From a virus: a DNA stretch of 64,000 nt. Below, in pieces: positions 38,846 through 49,621 of this stretch. Below the pieces are notes generated by a model that was not told the origin of the DNA, did no database searches, and was given only the letters and a program-made list of their open reading frames with translations. The first letter of the stretch is position 1; each line of letters opens with the position of its first letter. Location of the stretch: positions 15,588-79,587 of IMG/VR virus record IMGVR_UViG_3300023440_000003, one strand, 5' to 3'. The translations under genes and the position numbers were made by a program.

Positions 38846-39891
38846 AGATAAGGGTTGCAGAGATTATCTTAGTAGATACACGCAAGGGTAAATTAAAGGT
38901 AAAGTGTCTTGATAACGAAGAGTTATTCACCATCACCAGAATGGCTGTGATACTTGGATCTTCTAATTATTATTCTGGTTTTTTTAAATATCCAGAGAAG
39001 GGCGATAGAGTGCTGTTATTAGAACAGGAAAATGATCCTGATCCTGTTATCTTACCAATATTTGTACCTGAATCTAGGATAATGTTCGAAGATGAAGATA
39101 ATGAATTTTATCTTGTGGAATTGCTTCATTTAATAAACAATCTGGATGCTCAGCCAGGAGATTATGTGATTTATGGAAAAAATGATAATTATGTAATAGT
39201 TCGGGCGAACGGTAATATTATCTTTAAGACTGGCTTTACTAAAGTATTAATGTCCGCTTCCATTAATATAGGAGGTTTTTATACTGATGCTATGAATTTT
39301 ATATTTAGAAGCCATTTAGGTTTATTTGCGTTGAAATTACTTTATAATAGAAACGTTGGACCTTCAGCTATTTTTGAAATCAATCAGCCTCCCAATTTAT
39401 CTGGCGATTCTCCACTTGTTGCATTTAAGGCTGGCAATACTATAAAGAACTTTTTAAGCTTTGAACTTGATAGAAATGACGGAAGTATTAGGTTGTATTC
39501 TGATAGTTTTACTATTAAAATAGATTCTGATGGTAATCTAGAATATGAAACTGAAGGGAATAATAAAGTGATTATTCGTCAGAATCTAGATCATACTATT
39601 GAAGGCAAAGCCGATTTAAGAGTTAAACAAGATATATCTACTCAGGTATCTGGAAATGCATCTATTCAAACGTCAGGAGACATGAATATTAAAAGTAAGG
39701 AACTGGTTATACAAGTTACAGGTGATGCTGTGATCAAAGCCACCAATGCTATAGTGGATGCAACTACTGTTACCCTAGGGAAATCGCCTCAATCGCCTAT
39801 AGTTACGGGATTTCCTGATGGAACTATGCCAGTGTGTTATGTTACCGGAGCTCCAATACAGGGAAGTACTACATGTAAGGCAGGAAAATGA
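38842..39891 (+). CDS. Baseplate spike (gpV/gp5-like)
   Basis: N-terminal OB-fold pattern (YPEKGDRVLL) and C-terminal beta-helix repeats (IEGKA, VSGNA, TSGDM, VTGDA). Confidence 0.7.
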   Translation: MKIRVAEIILVDTRKGKLKVKCLDNEELFTITRMAVILGSSNYYSGFFKYPEKGDRVLLLEQENDPDPVILPIFVPESRIMFEDEDNEFYLVELLHLINNLDAQPGDYVIYGKNDNYVIVRANGNIIFKTGFTKVLMSASINIGGFYTDAMNFIFRSHLGLFALKLLYNRNVGPSAIFEINQPPNLSGDSPLVAFKAGNTIKNFLSFELDRNDGSIRLYSDSFTIKIDSDGNLEYETEGNNKVIIRQNLDHTIEGKADLRVKQDISTQVSGNASIQTSGDMNIKSKELVIQVTGDAVIKATNAIVDATTVTLGKSPQSPIVTGFPDGTMPVCYVTGAPIQGSTTCKAGK

Positions 39892-40499
39892 ATTTAATGA
39901 ATTTAATGGCACAAGAACTGGGTTGGGTAAATGCTCAGCAGGCAGTTCTGCGATACTCTTTTATAGATTCTTTTGTCAATCCTGGGGATATAGTAATAGA
40001 TATTGGTGCTGGGTATGGATTTCTAGGAGATTATATAATTAAAGTGTCTGGAAAGAGCATTACTTACATTCCAGTAGAACCTCATGATGATTTTTATTCA
40101 CGTCTTGTTGAAAAATATCCTCATGCTATTAAAAAAAGTTTATTTCACATAGCTTCTCCTTCTAATATTTTTGGTGATATACTTCCCGCTGATGTAGTTG
40201 TAGCTTCAGGAGTAATAGCGGAATTATCTATAGATCGTACTATTAAATTGCCAGTAGATCAGAAAGAAAAATTGTTTATAAAATTACTACTTAGTATTCC
40301 TAGCAAAACCTACATCTTTGATATATGGGACAAACATTTCTTTAGGCGTAGGGGTGGAGATACTCAGGTTAGAGTATCGGATCCAGGATTAATACTAAAT
40401 TACGTCGAAGAAAATTTAAATAAGGAAGATAAGGTTTTTTATTTAAGACCCATAAAAGATGACTATGAAGCTTCATTCTTTGTGATAACAAAAAAGTAA
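39888..40499 (+). CDS. Class I SAM-dependent methyltransferase
   Basis: VIDIGAGYG; YIPVE; DVVVASG. Confidence 0.75.
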   Translation: MNLMNLMAQELGWVNAQQAVLRYSFIDSFVNPGDIVIDIGAGYGFLGDYIIKVSGKSITYIPVEPHDDFYSRLVEKYPHAIKKSLFHIASPSNIFGDILPADVVVASGVIAELSIDRTIKLPVDQKEKLFIKLLLSIPSKTYIFDIWDKHFFRRRGGDTQVRVSDPGLILNYVEENLNKEDKVFYLRPIKDDYEASFFVITKK

Positions 40500-40512
40500 A
40501 AGGAGGAATTTT

Positions 40513-40854
40513 ATGAAGAATTTGATTGTCCAGTATTTTACTTTAGTTCAAAAACAAGTTCCCCAAGCTCAGATGGAAGCATTCGCCAAAAAATCAGGAT
40601 TAAACACTCAAAATATATCTCAAATTGCTAAGATAGTGGTTGCAATAAACAGTGCGTTCAATACAGCAATCCTTGCCACGCAGGATACTCCCGAAGTATT
40701 TCCTAAAGTGTTCGCTAATGTTGTAGATAATAACATGAAAGAATTAGGTCTAGATTTAAATTCTTTACCTAAAGATCTAGTTTTTGGGGTAATAGAGGCT
40801 ATCTTGGCAATAAGTTCTCAAATTTTGAATGAAGTGTCCGAGAATCAACCCTGA
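40513..40854 (+). CDS. Hypothetical protein
   Basis: SD AGGAGG; helical. Confidence 0.65.
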   Translation: MKNLIVQYFTLVQKQVPQAQMEAFAKKSGLNTQNISQIAKIVVAINSAFNTAILATQDTPEVFPKVFANVVDNNMKELGLDLNSLPKDLVFGVIEAILAISSQILNEVSENQP

Positions 40855-42812
40855 AAGGCAAATTTTAATTCTTTTACATAAGACAGGAATTTATCGAACT
40901 CATCTATTAAAATTTTAAGTTCATCTTCTGGGTAATCTATACCGCCTAATCTTGCCATTAACAAATATTTGGCCAGAATGCTTTCAGCTTCTTCTAGAAT
41001 AGGTAAACCCTCGATCAAATATGCCATATTTTCAGGAGCTGCAAGAGACAAACTAAAAATAGAATCCAGAGTAGTTGCATCGTTTAATTCTATTGCGATT
41101 TTTATGATCTGCCATGGCATTATTAAGTTATTGAATTTATCAAGTAATTCTCTGCCTTTATAAGATGCTTTTTTCAACATTTCGTTTATGGAACTTGATG
41201 GCAGATAGAAATCATTAATGTATACTTCACTATGCTGCATAGCCAGTTTAAGCAGATTTCCTGCATCACTAGGTTTATATCTGTGAGAAAGTATAAAAGT
41301 CGCTTCATCCCAGGTTAAGTTTTTAAGGTCAAATGTTATCGTATCGTAATATATTGATGCTCCTTTTATGATTCTATCTAAGTAAGGTCCTTCTATACTG
41401 AAAGTTTTACTTTGTCTGTCATAACGTATGATACAGGTAGAAAGGTCTTTATTAATATCATGCTTGGCTTGCTTGAGTATGTTTGCATTGCATTTTATTA
41501 CTTCTGTTTTTTTAGTCACCTCTATTAACTTAACAGATTTGCCAGGTAATCTTATATTTGATTCATCATCGCTTATCATTACCATTGCATGATCTGAAGA
41601 ATTATTTATAACAACTTTATATTTCTTATCGAGTCCATCGAAAATGATAGTATAACCATGTCGTTTATCTATTTCTTTGGTAACTACTTGCCAGGGACCA
41701 AATGCATATTTATCATCTATCACAATAAAGTAGTATCTTCCTGGTAAAGCAATAGGATGCTCTTTTAAATGTACGTTCTTTTTTAATTTAGTTATTGCTG
41801 CAAAAGGTTCATCAAAACTTACATCAAACCATTTATCACTTATAAAAATGTATCCTTTATCTATCGTTTTATCGTCTTTTATATCTTTCCATTGAAATAC
41901 TTTGCCTTCTAATTTGAGTTTTCTTTCTGGCGAATATGTAATAATACTATCGCCGGCTTTTGCAGTTATGAAATCAATACTGGCTATTTTTACAGGATAT
42001 GTTTTACCAAAATTTAATGTGACCGTTTGATGTGCTGCAATGAACTCTATGAATTTTTTACTGTCTATATTATATTTTTCTGCTATTTTATGTAGTGTTG
42101 TATAGTCTCCTTTTATTTTTATAGGGTTCCATATTTTCTGACTATTCATTATGATTGTAAATTTTCCTGGAACTTCTGCATCTTTGCGTATTTGTATTAC
42201 TGGTCTATCAATACTATCCTCAAAAACTTCGGTCAGCTTATTTATATCCGGAAAGACTCTACTTTGAAGCACATCCAGTATTTCATTGAAATGTGGGTAC
42301 TTAACTCTTAACTTATCTACTTCTCTTTTATGCTGATTTAGTATGTTGGCTAATTTAAGAAGTTTCGTTCTATTCGTTAATGAAGAGACTTTCTCAAGCA
42401 AAGCTCTGGAACCAGACTGTGGAGCCAATGCTCCCCCGCCTATATCAGGTTGTTTTGGAATTCCAGCCGTTCCTGCAAATAATTTGTTTCCTTGTAAGGC
42501 ATCATATAGTTTTCGTGGATTGGCATAAGTAAGTTTTTTATCAACTATCATAAGATCTATTGGTAAGAGTTTTCTGTTTCTTATAATTACCGGAAGATCC
42601 ACACGTGCATCTTCTGAATATATGGTTACATATCCTATAGCATTATTTTCATCCGCCTTAATAAAAATAACGTCCATTATATATGGTGCAGTTTCTGGAT
42701 ATTTTTCCGTTACAGTTTGTATTACAATACCAGTCCACTGTGATGGATCTGGAGGAAGACTAATTTCCTCACTGTTACTACGGAGCACGTTTGTAATAGG
42801 GTTCACTGCCAT
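40845..42812 (-). CDS. Putative inner head protein with many KxA motifs
   Basis: LLKLA, LHKIA, VKIA, ILKQA, IIKGA, LLKLA, MLKKA, IIKIA; TGATATACT 9 nt upstream of the ATG. Confidence 0.55.
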   Translation of the reverse strand: MAVNPITNVLRSNSEEISLPPDPSQWTGIVIQTVTEKYPETAPYIMDVIFIKADENNAIGYVTIYSEDARVDLPVIIRNRKLLPIDLMIVDKKLTYANPRKLYDALQGNKLFAGTAGIPKQPDIGGGALAPQSGSRALLEKVSSLTNRTKLLKLANILNQHKREVDKLRVKYPHFNEILDVLQSRVFPDINKLTEVFEDSIDRPVIQIRKDAEVPGKFTIIMNSQKIWNPIKIKGDYTTLHKIAEKYNIDSKKFIEFIAAHQTVTLNFGKTYPVKIASIDFITAKAGDSIITYSPERKLKLEGKVFQWKDIKDDKTIDKGYIFISDKWFDVSFDEPFAAITKLKKNVHLKEHPIALPGRYYFIVIDDKYAFGPWQVVTKEIDKRHGYTIIFDGLDKKYKVVINNSSDHAMVMISDDESNIRLPGKSVKLIEVTKKTEVIKCNANILKQAKHDINKDLSTCIIRYDRQSKTFSIEGPYLDRIIKGASIYYDTITFDLKNLTWDEATFILSHRYKPSDAGNLLKLAMQHSEVYINDFYLPSSSINEMLKKASYKGRELLDKFNNLIMPWQIIKIAIELNDATTLDSIFSLSLAAPENMAYLIEGLPILEEAESILAKYLLMARLGGIDYPEDELKILIDEFDKFLSYVKELKFAFQG

Positions 42813-42852
42813 TTGTCTAAAAGTATATCACAGAGATTAATTAACTTCCAAT

Positions 42853-43539
42853 TTAAGGATAGATTACAGGACCCTTGCATGTAGAACTACTTGTAGCTGA
42901 TGTAGTGGTTCCTGTTACTGTCATATAAGCTTCACTGCCTGATATTATAGCTTCATAAATATTTATTATTTCAGTCACAAGAGTTTGCATAAATTTGGGC
43001 AATTCTCCTGTGGGATTACCTGTGCTATCATATTTTGTAAATCCCAGACTTATGAAATAAGATATAATCGCATTTTCCAGCGATGATCTATTCTGTAATG
43101 ACAAGTCAGCATATGCAGATCCAGATGTGGTGGGTGTCGTCTCTAGATTTGTGATATCTAGAGTATTGATCTGATTAAGGAATTGTCTAAATGCATTTAC
43201 GAATATATTTAGAAAATCATCTCCAAAACCTTGTTGTATGTTTAATGCAGCCTTTGCATTATTGATTGCAGTAGCTACTGCTGGATGATTACTATCAGGT
43301 ATTATTGAAAACATTAACGTTATCGAGGTTACGTTAGTTATTATTGGGCCTGCGATTATAGCTGTCGCAGTTATTGAAGTATAATCGTAAAACAGATCTC
43401 CCATAGCCTTTGCTATTATTTCATCGAACCTTTCATTTATATTTGGTATTAATGGTTTATTACTAACGATGTCTGGATATGTATTTTGATACTCTGTGAG
43501 TATCAGATTACCTAATTTTTTATCTATACTAATTGACAT
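42853..43539 (-). CDS. Hypothetical protein, possibly structural
   Basis: 228-aa ORF rich in T/I/N. Confidence 0.6.
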   Translation of the reverse strand: MSISIDKKLGNLILTEYQNTYPDIVSNKPLIPNINERFDEIIAKAMGDLFYDYTSITATAIIAGPIITNVTSITLMFSIIPDSNHPAVATAINNAKAALNIQQGFGDDFLNIFVNAFRQFLNQINTLDITNLETTPTTSGSAYADLSLQNRSSLENAIISYFISLGFTKYDSTGNPTGELPKFMQTLVTEIINIYEAIISGSEAYMTVTGTTTSATSSSTCKGPVIYP

Positions 43540-43561
43540 TGAATTGCCTCAATGATAAAGT
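43533..43561 (+). promoter_or_regulatory. Sigma70-type promoter TTGACA-17-TAAAGT with extended TG
   Basis: Perfect -35 box, 17-nt spacer, GTG start 7 nt downstream. Confidence 0.7.
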
Positions 43562-43568
43562 AGAATAC

Positions 43569-44393
43569 GTGATTAGATTACCTTGCATACGTTTCATAGC
43601 GGCTTCATTAATTTTATTTGATGATATAGAACAATGTAAAGAGTTTCTTGTACAGAATTACGTTCCTTTACCTCCGGATGATAAATTACAAAAATTGAAT
43701 GAAGTAGTGAAAGGCTCTTCAAAACGATTGACAAAGACTCAAAAAATAAAACTTCTGAAAGAAAAGAAAATGCCAGAATTTGCAAGGTATTTTATAAAGG
43801 GTGAAATAGACATGGAGCCTGATTTTGATGAGCTCTTACACGTGCAGCAAAGTTTTAATATAAGAATACCACTTCAAGCTTTTTTGATGACCAAAGACCC
43901 TGACATGTTGAAATTAAGTCCTTTTGAGGTTTCTGAAAAAACACGTGAACTTTATAAATTCTATTTATTTGACATAGAAAAGATGAGATTAAAAGACTGG
44001 ATAGTTTATCTTAAGTTACTGTATGAATTATTTCCTACGGATGCCAAATTGCTACTTATGCTTAAGAAAGGAGAAACTTTCTTATTTAAAAGGCACTTCA
44101 AACACTATTTGAAGATAAGTATGGATGATGTAAATATGGAGCTTAATAGTACTGCTGTTACAGTATTTCGCTTGTTAAGTGAACAGATTATTAAACAGGA
44201 TGAATATGGAAATTTATACCTTGAAATGAAGCCAGAAGTTTTTAGGGAGGCTAGATTATGGGCTAATTTACTTATTAATTCTATGAAGGTATTCAGAGAA
44301 CAACTGACAGGAGAACAGATACCAGAAAAAGTGGAATTAGTGCCACATGAATATGATATACCCACATTAAAAAGATTAATAGATGGGAAGTAA
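43569..44393 (+). CDS. Hypothetical protein, terminase small subunit candidate
   Basis: Directly upstream of and overlapping terL; helical; start reassigned to GTG 43569. Confidence 0.4.
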   Translation: MIRLPCIRFIAASLILFDDIEQCKEFLVQNYVPLPPDDKLQKLNEVVKGSSKRLTKTQKIKLLKEKKMPEFARYFIKGEIDMEPDFDELLHVQQSFNIRIPLQAFLMTKDPDMLKLSPFEVSEKTRELYKFYLFDIEKMRLKDWIVYLKLLYELFPTDAKLLLMLKKGETFLFKRHFKHYLKISMDDVNMELNSTAVTVFRLLSEQIIKQDEYGNLYLEMKPEVFREARLWANLLINSMKVFREQLTGEQIPEKVELVPHEYDIPTLKRLIDGK

Positions 44394-45918
44394 CAAACCA
44401 GTACAGCTTCGCAGAAGCGATCTTGTTGCAAGTCTTATATATATCGGAGGAAAGCCTTTTGATTTTAAAAATAGAGAATATTTAATACCTATTTATGATA
44501 CATTTAGGCCGGTTGTATTAAAAGGTGGTAGACAGATTGAAAAAAGTACTTTGCTTGCTGTGATTATGATTATTGACGGAATAAGTCATGATTTTTTCAA
44601 TTCGTTATATGTGAGTTATACTCAAAAACAGGTATCATTTTTTTCTAATTTACGTTTCGATCCTATAGCGTCATACTCTCCTTACATAAAATCTCATTTC
44701 TATACCGGCTCAAATCTAATAAAAAGGGTTGGTGATAAAACTTTTCGCAATGGTTCTGCGTTCTTTTTTAGATCAATGTATTCACATCATACAGCAGAAT
44801 CTATAAGAGGATTAAGCGCTGATAGAATATGTTTCGATGAGGTTCAAAGTCTCGATCCTAGAGGAATGTCTATAGTGGAGGAATGTATGTCCCACTCACC
44901 GTATAAATATGTAATATATGCAGGTACAGCAAAATCTCCTCAGAATGAAATAGAACGTATGTGGAATATGTCGACTCAGATTGAGTATATGATCAAATGT
45001 GAAGCATGCAACCACTGGAATTATCAGGATGAGAAAATAATAGGCAAAAACAGTTATATATGCAGTAGATGTGGAAAGCCTATAGATATGAGAAATGGTA
45101 CTCTTGTTATGATGGGAGATAAATATGCGCCATACTTTGGAATGCGTATCACTCAGATGCAGGCTCCTTTTGTAAGTTTTGATGAAATAAAACTTAAATA
45201 TGAACGTATGCCATTATATCTGTTCTATAATGAAGTCCTGGGTCTTCCTTATGAATTTGCAGAACGCCCCATCAGTTTAAGAGAACTGCAGGCTTGTTGT
45301 GTTGATAGAGATTTCATAGAGTCTTCTACTCTTGTAGGTAGAACTGTAGCTGCGGGAATAGATTGGGGAGGCGGTACCAGATCTTTTACTGAGGTGGTTA
45401 TAGGAGAATTTATAAATGGTAAGTACAAAGTCTATTATGTGCATAGATTAAAAGTAGCAGATCCTATTGAGCAGGTGGATTTTCTATCTAGATTGCTGAA
45501 GACTTATAAAGTCAGAATTGCCGTATGTGATATGGGTTTTGGTGACATGAAAGTACAGGAGCTTAGAGCTCTAACTGGCATTCCAGTTATTGGTTGTTAT
45601 TATTCATCTACTAAAGTCAGAAGCATTATATATAAAGAAAAAGAAAATATGATCCATGTAAATAGAACCTGGGCCTTAAGTGAAGTATTTCGTCTTTTGA
45701 AACGTAGAAGGTTTGAATTTCCCAGATATTCTATAATGGCAGAATTTTTTGAAGAAATCCTGAACGTAACAACTGAGGTACATCAAGTTCAGGGGCAAGA
45801 TACAATTATGTATATTCACGATGCCGAACATCCAGATGATTTTCTTCATGCGCTGAATTATTTTAAAATAGCCTGCGATTATAAAAAATTCGTTGACAAT
45901 CTTAACATAGTGGTTTAG
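44383..45918 (+). CDS. terL: Terminase large subunit (GpA-like)
   Basis: VLKGGRQIEKST, IRGLSADRICFDEVQ, CEAC/CSRC zinc finger, NEVLGLPY, AGIDWG, DDFLHA. Confidence 0.88.
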   Translation: MGSNKPVQLRRSDLVASLIYIGGKPFDFKNREYLIPIYDTFRPVVLKGGRQIEKSTLLAVIMIIDGISHDFFNSLYVSYTQKQVSFFSNLRFDPIASYSPYIKSHFYTGSNLIKRVGDKTFRNGSAFFFRSMYSHHTAESIRGLSADRICFDEVQSLDPRGMSIVEECMSHSPYKYVIYAGTAKSPQNEIERMWNMSTQIEYMIKCEACNHWNYQDEKIIGKNSYICSRCGKPIDMRNGTLVMMGDKYAPYFGMRITQMQAPFVSFDEIKLKYERMPLYLFYNEVLGLPYEFAERPISLRELQACCVDRDFIESSTLVGRTVAAGIDWGGGTRSFTEVVIGEFINGKYKVYYVHRLKVADPIEQVDFLSRLLKTYKVRIAVCDMGFGDMKVQELRALTGIPVIGCYYSSTKVRSIIYKEKENMIHVNRTWALSEVFRLLKRRRFEFPRYSIMAEFFEEILNVTTEVHQVQGQDTIMYIHDAEHPDDFLHALNYFKIACDYKKFVDNLNIVV

Positions 45919-45960
45919 TTTGGGTATTGAACATATGAATATGCTAAAATTGACTTGACT

Positions 45961-46989
45961 ATGGAAATAGTTAAGAAAGCCATAGATCTGTATTATAGTG
46001 AAAAACTAGATCCTCATGCTGTATTAGCCGCCTGGGTTTTACGTGATAGACCTCCCAGAGCTGTTATAGAAAAAGCTGCTAAGGAAATAAATCAAGCTCT
46101 TTATACTGAGGAAGTCCTGAGAAGAGGTAATCTGGATGTAAATATTCCTTTGATAAATATAGACAAAGTAATGAAACTTATTGAATCTTACGAAAATAGT
46201 AACCCCAGATCTGAACCTCTTCCAGAAATAGATTTAGTATCTACTCCTTCCGCTATAGGAGAACTTGTTTCTAACGGTCGTATGGAATTATGGTTAAACG
46301 ATATGTTAAAGCAAGCAGATGATCGTCCTAAAAGTTCTCCAGAAGCTTTGAGAGAAAAAGTTATTAATTTGTTGAAAACCACGTATACAGAAGAGTATAG
46401 GAAAATTAAAGATCACTTAGTTAATACTATTCTTGATCTTGAAGATTTTACTGAAAAAGTAGCATCTGCTATGGTCAATGATACTGTATATTTAAATGTA
46501 GCTCCTCAGTCCTTTTTTCCTATTCTGGATCACTATATAAAAAATCCTGGAATTAAGAGTCTGATATTGCAAAAATATAATGAAGGCTTATCTAAGCATG
46601 CTTCTATTGATTCTTCTGAAATGATAAGTGGTGATAGAGTCATTGATGTTATTGATAAAATGAGCACTATTTACTATTTAAAATCCGACAACAGAACTAG
46701 ACATCTCGATCACACTACAATATCTATTCCAGTTTTATACACTTTATTTTCTGAAATGGGATGTGAAGATATGTTGGACACCTCAGAAATAAAGCCAATA
46801 AAAAAAGAAAAATCGGACGAAATAGAACTTGAAGTAAAAATACCTATTCCTAAAAGCCCGGGTGATCTAATTAATTATCTGTTAAGTTTCGACGTAGCGG
46901 AGTCTATTGATTACAAACCTATTCTTCAGTCCATTATTGATCTGGCCAAACTCAAAATGCTATTGGGGGTGTTAGATGAATCGGAATGA
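45961..46989 (+). CDS. Putative head core protein
   Basis: IEKAA, MLKQA, EKVA, LSKHA; ATG 10 nt after TGCTAAAAT. Confidence 0.5.
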   Translation: MEIVKKAIDLYYSEKLDPHAVLAAWVLRDRPPRAVIEKAAKEINQALYTEEVLRRGNLDVNIPLINIDKVMKLIESYENSNPRSEPLPEIDLVSTPSAIGELVSNGRMELWLNDMLKQADDRPKSSPEALREKVINLLKTTYTEEYRKIKDHLVNTILDLEDFTEKVASAMVNDTVYLNVAPQSFFPILDHYIKNPGIKSLILQKYNEGLSKHASIDSSEMISGDRVIDVIDKMSTIYYLKSDNRTRHLDHTTISIPVLYTLFSEMGCEDMLDTSEIKPIKKEKSDEIELEVKIPIPKSPGDLINYLLSFDVAESIDYKPILQSIIDLAKLKMLLGVLDESE

Positions 46990-47434
46990 AATAGTATATG
47001 CTATGCTTTACAAAACTGCAGCTGGAGGGTCAATAGAACCGTTAGGAGTGCGCCACAGACTAAGAAGAATTGTAAGATTATTAACACCTCCTATGGTAGG
47101 CTTAGGAATACTTCACATGTACCACACTGTTAGATCATGGATCGATAAACGCCATTTTGAAAAAGTACTTGAAGAAGTCATGAAAGAACCATCAATAGCA
47201 AGATATCCAAAAGAACAAGTGCGTAGATATGCTGAAACTTTTTATGAACTCAATCCGGATCTTGCTACAAAAGCTGAAGTCTTAAAAACTTTTCTACGGT
47301 CTGCCTTAGCGATGCAAGGTATAGATCCGGGTTTTGCTAGTAAAGTTGTGCAGAGAACTAAACCACCTATTGATATCAGTGTGCCTTTAGGTCCTATTAT
47401 AGCTCAAAAACTTTTTGGGTCTATGGGATCATGA
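46976..47434 (+). CDS. Putative internal head protein
   Basis: YAMLYKTAA leader; hydrophobic helix. Confidence 0.55.
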   Translation: MNRNEIVYAMLYKTAAGGSIEPLGVRHRLRRIVRLLTPPMVGLGILHMYHTVRSWIDKRHFEKVLEEVMKEPSIARYPKEQVRRYAETFYELNPDLATKAEVLKTFLRSALAMQGIDPGFASKVVQRTKPPIDISVPLGPIIAQKLFGSMGS

Positions 47435-48714
47435 TTAAGTATTTTTCAGATAGTATGATTCTTGCTTATGTAGATTTAAAAAAAGACATACTCCATAAAA
47501 TTGCATCAAGTCCAGATCTTGAAAAAATCGCTGAAGAATCATTACGCAAAAAACCTTTAGAACCTGGGTATCGTAGAATTCTAATAAATGCACTAGGCGC
47601 TGGAGAATACTGGGGATTTAACAAGAGAGGTGATTATTTTCCTGAGAATGAACTGAATCCCTCAGAATATAGATTTGGCATCCCATATGGATATCAAACT
47701 TATGAAACTCATGGGAAAGTCTATTTACATCATAAAAAAGACAATCCTGAATTTTGCATTGGTAAAGTTGCAATGGCCTATTGGCATGATGGTTTAAAAA
47801 GAGTGTTTGTGTTAGGAGATGTACTGGAAAAGAAAGCTGCAAATTACTTAGAACACTTAAGATCTGGAAATCCAGTTCCCACATCAATGGGTGCAGCTGT
47901 GTTATTTGACGCTTGTAGTATATGTGCACCTGATTATGAATACTTAACTCAGTTTCATCCTGATGAAGTAAAGTTATTAATTAAACAAGGACAACTTCCT
48001 GGAGTACGCACTAAGCCCTCAGAAAGTCCATGTATACATGTACCCCACAGAGTTAGTACATATTATCCAGAATTAGACAAGTATGCCTATATGGTAAATT
48101 ATTATCCCGTATTTATAGATATTTCTATTGTAGATAGGCCAGCAGATTCAATATCTGCAGCACTTAAAAAAATTGCGTCAATTGATGAAAGTTTGATTTT
48201 TAATACAAGCAATCTGGCTAGAACTAAAACATTTATACATGAACAGTTATTACCTCAGTCAGTAGACAGCAAAGATATACTGCTTTTGGTCAAACTTGCT
48301 AATTTCTTAGGTCCCAAGAATACACTAAATTACCTCAGCAAATTACGCATTCCCTTAACTAAAGCTGAATTTGAAGCTATTAAACAAACTAAAATCGTCA
48401 AAACGGCTAATTTAGATCAGGATACCTTAATACATCTTGCAACATTTTTTGTAAAACGTTCGGCAGCTCCTCATGTATTGCATACCAGAGTGCAAAATGC
48501 AAAACCTGATTCAGCCTTATATCTAGAGGCTGCTGGAGATGACCATGTGAATTACATAATGGATATAATCAACGACCCTGAGTTAAAATTTGATGATAAT
48601 CATCCCATAACTAAATTAGCAAAATATACTGCTTATTATGGTCCACACGGAGATAAAAAAGTTTCCAATACTTTATCCAGATTGTATGCGGCTTCTTTTA
48701 TAGGTTTGATTTGA
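47431..48714 (+). CDS. Prohead maturation protease (HK97/herpes-type serine protease)
   Basis: NKRGDYF, VYLHH, IGKV, PTSMG, FIDISIVDRPAD; lies between terL and the capsid gene. Confidence 0.75.
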   Translation: MIKYFSDSMILAYVDLKKDILHKIASSPDLEKIAEESLRKKPLEPGYRRILINALGAGEYWGFNKRGDYFPENELNPSEYRFGIPYGYQTYETHGKVYLHHKKDNPEFCIGKVAMAYWHDGLKRVFVLGDVLEKKAANYLEHLRSGNPVPTSMGAAVLFDACSICAPDYEYLTQFHPDEVKLLIKQGQLPGVRTKPSESPCIHVPHRVSTYYPELDKYAYMVNYYPVFIDISIVDRPADSISAALKKIASIDESLIFNTSNLARTKTFIHEQLLPQSVDSKDILLLVKLANFLGPKNTLNYLSKLRIPLTKAEFEAIKQTKIVKTANLDQDTLIHLATFFVKRSAAPHVLHTRVQNAKPDSALYLEAAGDDHVNYIMDIINDPELKFDDNHPITKLAKYTAYYGPHGDKKVSNTLSRLYAASFIGLI

Positions 48715-48770
48715 CATATGCTGTAAAGTATAATTTTAAGTAGACAAAAATTATTTTAGGAGGTGTAACT

Positions 48771-49610
48771 ATGTCTACGTTCATTGATAAGGAAGTAGAA
48801 AGAATTCTTAAATCGGCTTTAAGCCCCGAAGATACGGATTTATTACAAATTTCTATGGAACTTGCTAAAGAAGCTGCAGAGTTTCAGGTAGATGATCCAA
48901 AGCAGTCACAAACTACTCAGTCTTCTCAGGAATCTGTTTCAGTTCAGAAAGTTCTGGAATCTCTGAAGAAGAAAGGACTTATTAAAACTGCTCAGGAAGA
49001 GGCTGCTGCTGCTCAGGCTGTCGCAGATGCTCTTGCTGAAGATTTATCTGCCACAAATAAGCCTGAAGATCCTTCCATGTCAAAACATGTAAACCCTGCT
49101 GTGACTACTCCTAACAATGCTGATGATCCGATCCCGCCAAATAAGACTGACGTGACTCCTGAAGGCGCTCCTGCTGAAATGTTATCTGATGTTATCGGTC
49201 AGCTCGGTACTCAGCAAGACCCTGTTAAAGCTCTTGGCGGTGAAGTAGATGTAACTGTTAAGGCTCCTAGCGAAGATGTTATGGTTAAGAAGATAAAAGA
49301 GCTCCTGGTTGCTCTTGGTATTCCAGAAGATATAGCCGAAGAAGCAGCTACGAAAGCTGGTAAATCTATTCTTACTGAATTATCCAGAGACAAGGCTTCT
49401 GCAGAAACCGGAGCTGCTCAAGATCTTCCATCTTCTCCTGAGGAAATAAAAGATACTGCTCAGGCTATTGGCGAAGCTCTTGATCAGATGGAGGCCGCTG
49501 TTTTAAGCCCGGTAGAGCAAGCTTTAGAGAGTGAGCCTTCACCGGAAGATCTTGAAAAAGTAGCTTCACTGATTTTTGGACAGTACATTAATCCGTACTT
49601 TTATTATTAA
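48771..49610 (+). CDS. Acidic scaffold-like protein
   Basis: A/E/D/P-rich; ILKSA, LAKEA, LIKTA, LEKVA; promoter TTGATT-17-TATAAT upstream. Confidence 0.55.
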   Translation: MSTFIDKEVERILKSALSPEDTDLLQISMELAKEAAEFQVDDPKQSQTTQSSQESVSVQKVLESLKKKGLIKTAQEEAAAAQAVADALAEDLSATNKPEDPSMSKHVNPAVTTPNNADDPIPPNKTDVTPEGAPAEMLSDVIGQLGTQQDPVKALGGEVDVTVKAPSEDVMVKKIKELLVALGIPEDIAEEAATKAGKSILTELSRDKASAETGAAQDLPSSPEEIKDTAQAIGEALDQMEAAVLSPVEQALESEPSPEDLEKVASLIFGQYINPYFYY

Positions 49611-49621
49611 GGAGGTGCATC

